A DNA stretch of 63,354 nt, counting the filler, from Eubacteriales bacterium (GTDB lineage: Bacteria; Bacillota; Clostridia; Oscillospirales; CAG-382): the NCBI GenBank assembly GCA_045636665.1. It is 6 parts of 6 records of this genome, joined end to end, with 100 filler letters (N's around TTAATTAATTAA, not from the genome) between each part and the next. Parts side by side here need not be neighbours in the genome. Positions count along the whole stretch, not along the records: positions 52,595 to 63,354 come from JAZTXY010000045.1; 5 more parts are not named here. One strand, 5' to 3'. Under the pieces are notes generated by a model. That model searched no databases, was not told the DNA's origin, and saw only the letters and a program-made list of their open reading frames with translations. The stretch's first letter is position 1; every line of letters begins with the position of its first letter. Positions 57,728-63,354 of the stretch are shown one piece after another. The position numbers were made by a program, and so were the translations under genes.

Positions 57728-59404
57728 ATGGCAAAAAACCAAAAACCAAAGGTTAATATTGTTTTTCTCGGCGGTGTGGACGGAATCGGAATAAACTGCA
57801 CCGCGTTTGAATACGAAAACGATATCATCATCGTCGATTGCGGACTTGCATTCCCCGAGGACGATATGCTCGGCGTTGATATCGTTGTGCCCGATTTGTC
57901 TTACCTTGAAAGCAAGGCGAAAAAGGTGCGCGGTCTTCTTATCACACACGGACACGAGGACCATATCGGCGCAGTCCCCTATTTTCTTTCGAAATTTCCC
58001 AACTGTCCCGTTTATGCAGGTCGCTTGACCTTGGGCATTCTTGAAGGAAAATTACAAGAGCACGGTATTCGCAACGCAAAATTGGTCGAGATACGCGCAG
58101 GCGATTGCATTACCGTCGGTTGCTTCCAAAGCGAATTTATTAACGTAAACCATTCGATGCCCGATGCTTGTGCGATTTGCATTACAACGCCCTGCGGAAG
58201 AATTTTGCACACGGGCGATTTTAAGGTCGATTACACGCCCGTCGGCGAAAAAATGATCGACCTGCCCCGAATTGCCGAGCTTGGCAGAAAGGGTATCCGT
58301 TTGCTTCTTTCCGACAGCACGAATGCCGAACGCCCCGGCTATACCCCCAGCGAAAGCAGTCTTGCCGAAAGCTTCGACCGCATTTTTATGAACGAAAGCC
58401 GCCGCGTTATTATTGCGACCTTTTCCTCGAACGTGCACCGTGTTCAGCAAATCATTAACGCTTCCGAAAAATACGGCAGAATGGTTGCGATAAGCGGAAG
58501 AAGTATGCAAAACTTCGTACGCGCGGCAGTGAAATTGGGTTATCTTGACATTCCCGACGGAATTTTGATCGACCTTGCCGACGTTAACCGTCTTCCGCCC
58601 GAGCGCGTAACGCTTGTAACAACGGGCAGTCAGGGCGAGCCGATGAGCGCGCTTTACCGTATGGCGTTTGGCGAGCACAATCAAATCTCGCTCGGATACG
58701 AAGACCTTGTCGTTCTTTCTTCTTCGGCTATCCCCGGCAACGAAAAGCTTATTACAAAGATAATCAACGAGCTTTACAAGCGCGGCACAGACGTTATAAC
58801 CTACAGTCAATATGACGTTCACGTTTCGGGACACGCCTGCCGCGAGGAATTAAAGCTTATTCAAGCGCTCACCGCACCCGAATATTTCATTCCCGTTCAC
58901 GGCGAATATAAGCATCTTGTTGCTCACGCAGACCTTGCACACGAAATGGGTGTAAAGGAAAACCGCATTTTCATTCCCGAAATCGGCAGAGTTTTCGAAA
59001 TGAGCAATCGCAGCATCAAGCCGGCAGGCGTTGTCGAAGCAGGCCCCGTTATGGTTGACGGCGGTGCGGGCGGCGAGGTAAACAGCGTAGTTCTGCGCGA
59101 CAGAAAGCGTCTTTCCGAGGAGGGTATTATTATAGTTTCCGCAGGTGTCGACCTTGAATATATGTGTATTTCAATCGATCCCGAAATCATCTCACGCGGG
59201 TTCGTTTACGAAAAGGAAAACGAAGACCTTATCGGCAGAATAACCGAATGCGCGCGTCAATCGCTTATCCGCACGCTTGCAAAGGGTGTTGACGATATCG
59301 AAACTCTTCGCGCAAGATTGCGTGATGACGTTGCCGAATATGCGCGCAAGCGCACAAAGCACCGTCCGATGATAGTAACCCTGCTTAACGAAATACAGCT
59401 TTAA
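57728..59404 (+). CDS. rnj: Ribonuclease J
   Basis: THGHEDHIG, HTGDFK, DSTNAE, TGSQGEP, HVSGHA, PVHGEY. Confidence 0.96.
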   Translation: MAKNQKPKVNIVFLGGVDGIGINCTAFEYENDIIIVDCGLAFPEDDMLGVDIVVPDLSYLESKAKKVRGLLITHGHEDHIGAVPYFLSKFPNCPVYAGRLTLGILEGKLQEHGIRNAKLVEIRAGDCITVGCFQSEFINVNHSMPDACAICITTPCGRILHTGDFKVDYTPVGEKMIDLPRIAELGRKGIRLLLSDSTNAERPGYTPSESSLAESFDRIFMNESRRVIIATFSSNVHRVQQIINASEKYGRMVAISGRSMQNFVRAAVKLGYLDIPDGILIDLADVNRLPPERVTLVTTGSQGEPMSALYRMAFGEHNQISLGYEDLVVLSSSAIPGNEKLITKIINELYKRGTDVITYSQYDVHVSGHACREELKLIQALTAPEYFIPVHGEYKHLVAHADLAHEMGVKENRIFIPEIGRVFEMSNRSIKPAGVVEAGPVMVDGGAGGEVNSVVLRDRKRLSEEGIIIVSAGVDLEYMCISIDPEIISRGFVYEKENEDLIGRITECARQSLIRTLAKGVDDIETLRARLRDDVAEYARKRTKHRPMIVTLLNEIQL

Positions 59405-59422
59405 AAATCCCATAAAGCACAA

Positions 59423-59448
59423 AAAAGCTTCCCGTTTGGGAAGCTTTT
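59423..59448. terminator. Bidirectional terminator
   Basis: AAAAGCTTCCC-GTTT-GGGAAGCTTTT. Confidence 0.8.
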
Positions 59449-59452
59449 AATT

Positions 59453-60466
59453 TTATTCGCCGAAGAAGCAAAGCAAAACCGAGCGCAGGGCAAGAATTTC
59501 GGGGTCGCGCAGGCAAAATTCCTCGCCGCGAGCGACGGAGGGGATGAAAAATTTGAACGTAAAACGGTCTCCGCGATTGCTCGCCGAAATTTCCCAAAGG
59601 TTAGTATCGGCAAGTAATTTTGCGAAAAATGCCCAAAACGAGGCGCTGTCAAGCTCTTTGTTGAAGGAATCACGCGCGTGCAGGGCATTGACGAACGAAT
59701 CGATATTGTTATTTTCGCTTTCAACGTCGCAGGAAAAAGAAATATTTATTCCTCCCGAACAATCTCTTGCAGAAAAATCCACCTTGCCGTCAACCGTACA
59801 ATCGAAGCAAAGCACAAGCGCATAAGCAAATATCAACAGCAAATCGTCACCGTTGCCGATTGCAATGGTTTCGGGAAATACGTTTGGGATATTAATACGG
59901 CGCGACATTGTCGGCGCAACGTCGCCAAGTGTGGAAAAGAGCGCGGAAGCGGTTGCCGAAAAATCGAAAAACGAAAGCCGATGCACGCAGGAAAGCTCTG
60001 CCAGCAATTGCTCGATAACGGCAAACAACCGCTTGCCGTTTTTCATATTGCCGATATCCGAAAGTGCCGCCGTTAACAATGCGGTTATGCCGACGTCATA
60101 GCCAGAAAGCTTATTAAAGCGCTCGTACAGACGCTCGACAAAGCTGTCGGCAAGATAGCGAAAGCATATCAAATAACAGCCGTGACCGCGAATGACCGAA
60201 GCATAGCCTTTTTCGTTTTCGCCAATCAAATCGACAACGATCATCTTGCCGTCGTCCAAGGAGCAAAGACGCTCAACGTCATTAGGCATTAAAATTTTAT
60301 CGAACCTTGAGCCGATACGAAATGCCTTTGAATCGGCAAAGTTATCGTTCTTTGCAATGATTTTAAAGGATTCGTCGGCAAGTAAAATCGGCAAATTAAA
60401 CGACCTGATATTTTTCTTTAATTCTTCAACAGAAAAGAATTTCGGCGCAGTTACTTCTACCTTCAT
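59453..60466 (-). CDS. Hypothetical protein, possibly PAS-like plus a degenerate GHKL/HATPase fold
   Basis: PAS-like start 'PILLADESFKIIAKN'; C-terminal spacing resembles HATPase_c without N/G boxes; 4-nt overlap with the HTH gene. Confidence 0.5.
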   Translation of the reverse strand: MKVEVTAPKFFSVEELKKNIRSFNLPILLADESFKIIAKNDNFADSKAFRIGSRFDKILMPNDVERLCSLDDGKMIVVDLIGENEKGYASVIRGHGCYLICFRYLADSFVERLYERFNKLSGYDVGITALLTAALSDIGNMKNGKRLFAVIEQLLAELSCVHRLSFFDFSATASALFSTLGDVAPTMSRRINIPNVFPETIAIGNGDDLLLIFAYALVLCFDCTVDGKVDFSARDCSGGINISFSCDVESENNNIDSFVNALHARDSFNKELDSASFWAFFAKLLADTNLWEISASNRGDRFTFKFFIPSVARGEEFCLRDPEILALRSVLLCFFGE

Positions 60467-60672
60467 TTTTCACCGTCTTTTTTGTATTCCGCAATATCGG
60501 AAAGCTCACAATCAAGAATCCTGCAAAGCTGATCGAGCGTATAGGTGCTCACGTTTTGGTTTTTGCGAAGTCGGTCAAGCTGACCATTGCTTACTTTATA
60601 GGTGTTTATCAGCTTATATTGAGAAATATTTTTCTCTTTCATTGTTTTCCAAAGCTTTTCGTAAGTTATCAT
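60463..60672 (-). CDS. Small Cro/C1-type HTH regulator
   Basis: MITYEKLWK..ISQYKL...TLDQLCRILDCELSDIAEY. Confidence 0.85.
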   Translation of the reverse strand: MITYEKLWKTMKEKNISQYKLINTYKVSNGQLDRLRKNQNVSTYTLDQLCRILDCELSDIAEYKKDGEK

Positions 60673-60742
60673 AACATCACCTTTTCACTTGTTGATATTA
60701 TGATAAAATGATATCTGTTTACCGACAATCGCCCATAATCGG

Positions 60743-62905
60743 TCAATATATTCTTAATACGCAAACCGACATATCGTCGGCGGTTTCACAGCTTTTCCTT
60801 GCCTCGCGGATTATTTTCGATGCAAGGGCGCGCGCCGACGGCATTGGGGGGAGTCCTTTTTGCGGAAGTATTGATTTTTCGCTTCCCGTTTGCAAAATTC
60901 CGTCGCTTAACATTACTATCATATCGCCCTTTTCGAGCGTAAAGGTCTTTTTTTCGGCGATAACGCTTCGCATTATTCCCGCAGGCGGTGTGCGCGCTTC
61001 GATAAGCGTGGTTTTTCCGTTGCGAATGAGCAGAGTCGGTGCCGCGCCTGCTTTTATAAGCGTTGCGCGGGAGTTGATTCGGTCAAGCTCCAACAAATCG
61101 ACGGTTGCGAAAATTTCTTCCTGCTTTTCAACAAGCGCCTTGTTAAGCAGTTTAATCGCGCTTTCCTTTTCCGCGCCGACGGACAAGAGCTTTTCAAGCA
61201 TTATTGCGGCAAGACGGCTTGTTAACGCCGCATCTCTGCCGCTTCCCATTCCGTCGGAAACGAGGCAGTAAAAATAGTTGTCCTCGTTTTCGAAAACGCT
61301 TACAGTATCGCCGCAGACGGTTTCGTTTTCCTTGGCTTCGGAAATTTTGGCGCATTCGACACGGAACGACGGCATCGAGCGTATCCGCATAAGATGGTAC
61401 CCGTCGTGAATGGCGATTTCGGGCGAGGAAACGGCGGTTTTTAACTCTTTTGCAACAGTTTGGGAAATTTCGTTCGGCGTAGCCTTGATTTTGTCGGGCT
61501 TAATTCCGAAAACGGTTATCTCTCGCAGACGTGAGCCGATAACCTTTACTCCGTCACATTCAACACCGAGCGAAATAAGGGCGGCTTTTATGCTTTTCGC
61601 AAGGGCTTTATCGTTTTTTGCGTTTTCCTCCTGCTTTTTGGCGGCATCGATGAGGATAGAGGAGAATGCCGAATATTCGTACGCCATTTGCTTTAAGCCC
61701 TTTTCTCCCTCTTGCGCGCGCATTGTCGGAAAATTGTTTATCTCTCTTGCCATAACGCAGGCGTTTGGACAGCGCGAGCTTATGTGAGTGGGTATGCGCG
61801 AATAGGCGGCAACGCCGTTTCGCCGTATTTCGCTTGTGAAAAAGTTGCTGACCTCGCTTTTGTCAAGCTCACAGCCCGAGCAACGCGCGCATTGGTTTTC
61901 AACGCAGGACACGATTTTTCGGTTCAAATCGGTTACGCTCGTTTCCGCGGTATTATCGGAAACCGTGTAAAAAAGTGACGAAAGCGACGAAAATGCCGCG
62001 GCATAGCGTGAAATCCGTCGGTCGTGCGCGCGCTTTTCAGCCGTCGCGACGGCGGTACGGTGGACAGGCATTTTTTTGCGTAGGAATGAAAAAATAATAT
62101 ATATCGGAATAAGCAAGGGGGCAAATATTTTTACACCCTCACCGCCCGAAAGATAAAAATATCCGCTTACGGCAAGCATGTAGGAAAGCACTAACGCAAG
62201 CGGCTCGATTTCGGTAACGAGCAGACCGTAGGTCATACCCAAAACACCCAAAGCGCCCGTTGCCTCGCCGCCGCAGGCGATACCGCAAATGATACCGCAA
62301 ACTCCGCCGAATCCAAAGCCGCGCGTTCTTGCCGCGCAAAGCGTAAAAGCCGCGCCGATAAAGACGGCAAGCGAGATCCCCCCGATTTCAAAGGGCAAAA
62401 GCACAAGCGTGAACGAAAATGCAAAGGCAAGCAGAGAAAGCTCGTATTTTTTTGGATGAAGCTCTTTTTTGCGGTCAAAATAGCCGTAAAAGGCAAACGT
62501 CAGCGCAGGATAGGAAATAACCGCGGCAAGTAAAACGAAAATGTCCTTTATATCGTTTATTCCGTTGATTGCGATATAGGCAGAGCGCAAGGCGCTAAGG
62601 GAAAGCGACAGCAAAATTCGGGTATAAAGGAAAACACCGCCGTTTTTTTCTTTCGCCGAAAGCACGAAGAAAAGATAAACCGCGCAAAACAGCGAAAGCA
62701 ATATGCAGGGATCGAAAAAGGATGCAAGAAGCACCCCGAAAAACGTGCTTTTTCTTATGTTTTTCGGCACGGCGCAAAGAAAAGCCAAGCCAAACGGCAA
62801 AACCGCGCCCGCAAGCGTTGCGCTCGACAGCAAAAATCCGATTATTGCGGGGACTGTGTTTATTTTGAGGGTTTTTATTGCCGAATTCGTTCTTATCTGT
62901 TCCAT
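60743..62905 (-). CDS. spoIIE: Stage II sporulation protein E (PP2C phosphatase)
   Basis: Multi-TM N-terminus (PFGLAF), Cys-rich CARCSGC..CP, CGD, SDGMGSG, FATVDL, KAGA, SDG, ADDM. Confidence 0.88.
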   Translation of the reverse strand: MEQIRTNSAIKTLKINTVPAIIGFLLSSATLAGAVLPFGLAFLCAVPKNIRKSTFFGVLLASFFDPCILLSLFCAVYLFFVLSAKEKNGGVFLYTRILLSLSLSALRSAYIAINGINDIKDIFVLLAAVISYPALTFAFYGYFDRKKELHPKKYELSLLAFAFSFTLVLLPFEIGGISLAVFIGAAFTLCAARTRGFGFGGVCGIICGIACGGEATGALGVLGMTYGLLVTEIEPLALVLSYMLAVSGYFYLSGGEGVKIFAPLLIPIYIIFSFLRKKMPVHRTAVATAEKRAHDRRISRYAAAFSSLSSLFYTVSDNTAETSVTDLNRKIVSCVENQCARCSGCELDKSEVSNFFTSEIRRNGVAAYSRIPTHISSRCPNACVMAREINNFPTMRAQEGEKGLKQMAYEYSAFSSILIDAAKKQEENAKNDKALAKSIKAALISLGVECDGVKVIGSRLREITVFGIKPDKIKATPNEISQTVAKELKTAVSSPEIAIHDGYHLMRIRSMPSFRVECAKISEAKENETVCGDTVSVFENEDNYFYCLVSDGMGSGRDAALTSRLAAIMLEKLLSVGAEKESAIKLLNKALVEKQEEIFATVDLLELDRINSRATLIKAGAAPTLLIRNGKTTLIEARTPPAGIMRSVIAEKKTFTLEKGDMIVMLSDGILQTGSEKSILPQKGLPPMPSARALASKIIREARKSCETADDMSVCVLRIY

Positions 62906-62943
62906 TTTTTGCTCTTCCGTTCTTTTTTGTTTTTGGTTTGACC

Positions 62944-62988
62944 ATTATACATAAAAAGAAGAGCGTTGATTGTCGAAGCAAAAGCGAA
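62944..62988 (-). promoter_or_regulatory. Spo0A-dependent spoIIE promoter
   Basis: Perfect 0A box TGTCGAA (62971-62977, + strand), 21 nt upstream of minus-strand TATAAT (62949-62944); a weak second box at 62982-62988. Confidence 0.7.
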
Positions 62989-63019
62989 TTTTTTGTGTTG
63001 TTTTTTCCTTTTTTACAGT

Positions 63020-63352
63020 TTATGGGGTGTTTGGGAATAACAAAAGCGGTTTTATATTTATCAGGTCGTTTATGGCGATAAGGCTTTGGTTGTTTTCGCG
63101 GTTGAGATTCCACCAAAGCGCACCCCGAAGCGATTTTTCCGCCATAAGACGCAAGCGCGCCGATATTGAGCGCACGTCCTCGAACCAAACGCGGTGAGCT
63201 TTGCCGTCATCGGCGGTATAATCGAAATACGGCGCCAAAACGGTTGAATCGAAGAAAATTTCCGCGCCCTTTTGCGATGCGAGTGTGAACGCCTGACGTG
63301 TCGAAACCGAATTCGCACGCGAAACGCCTTGGATATACGGCAGAGTGAAATC
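63020..63352 (-). CDS. GH18 spore glycosyl hydrolase (YaaH/SleL-like), C-terminal fragment
   Basis: Frame open to the window end: DFTLPY...AEIFFD...APYFDY...HRVWFEDVRS...LRGALWWNL. Confidence 0.82.
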   Translation of the reverse strand, partial: DFTLPYIQGVSRANSVSTRQAFTLASQKGAEIFFDSTVLAPYFDYTADDGKAHRVWFEDVRSISARLRLMAEKSLRGALWWNLNRENNQSLIAINDLINIKPLLLFPNTP

Positions 63353-63354
63353 AT

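Overview
This window is not one continuous locus. It holds six contigs joined by 100-nt spacers (N-run, TTAATTAATTAA, N-run): A 1-8024, B 8125-24497, C 24598-37317, D 37418-44581, E 44682-52494 and F 52595-63354. Gene content (polC, spoIIE, spoVA, divIVA/sepF, [FeFe]-hydrogenase, dockerin) points to an anaerobic spore-forming Clostridia (Oscillospirales-like) genome bin. A: two BspA-type LRR proteins, a GH13 alpha-glucosidase and a trimeric group-A3 [FeFe]-hydrogenase. B: a TetR-sipW-sipW-TasA-like fibre locus, an MFS transporter, acidic surface lipoproteins (CBM9-like; DUF4855-like), a YibE/F plus dockerin-phosphatase pair, and pckA. C: sugar ABC permeases, spoVAC/D/E, an acyl ligase plus ACP, a two-component system and a second DUF4855-like lipoprotein. 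D: a T-box leader before an XRE-cupin-acyl-CoA synthetase, then miaA and a ylm/divIVA cluster. E: uppS-cdsA-dxr-rseP-ispG-polC. F: tmRNA, smpB, a thioesterase, a Xer recombinase, murA, rnj, spoIIE and a GH18 fragment. Best leads: (1) a probable Ile-specifier T-box with a variant antiterminator bulge controlling an acyl-CoA synthetase; (2) the twin-SipW TasA-like locus with tandem operators; (3) an abrupt codon-usage break inside pckA; (4) a REP-like repeat family abutting tmRNA. Family assignments come from motif recognition only; no database searches were run.
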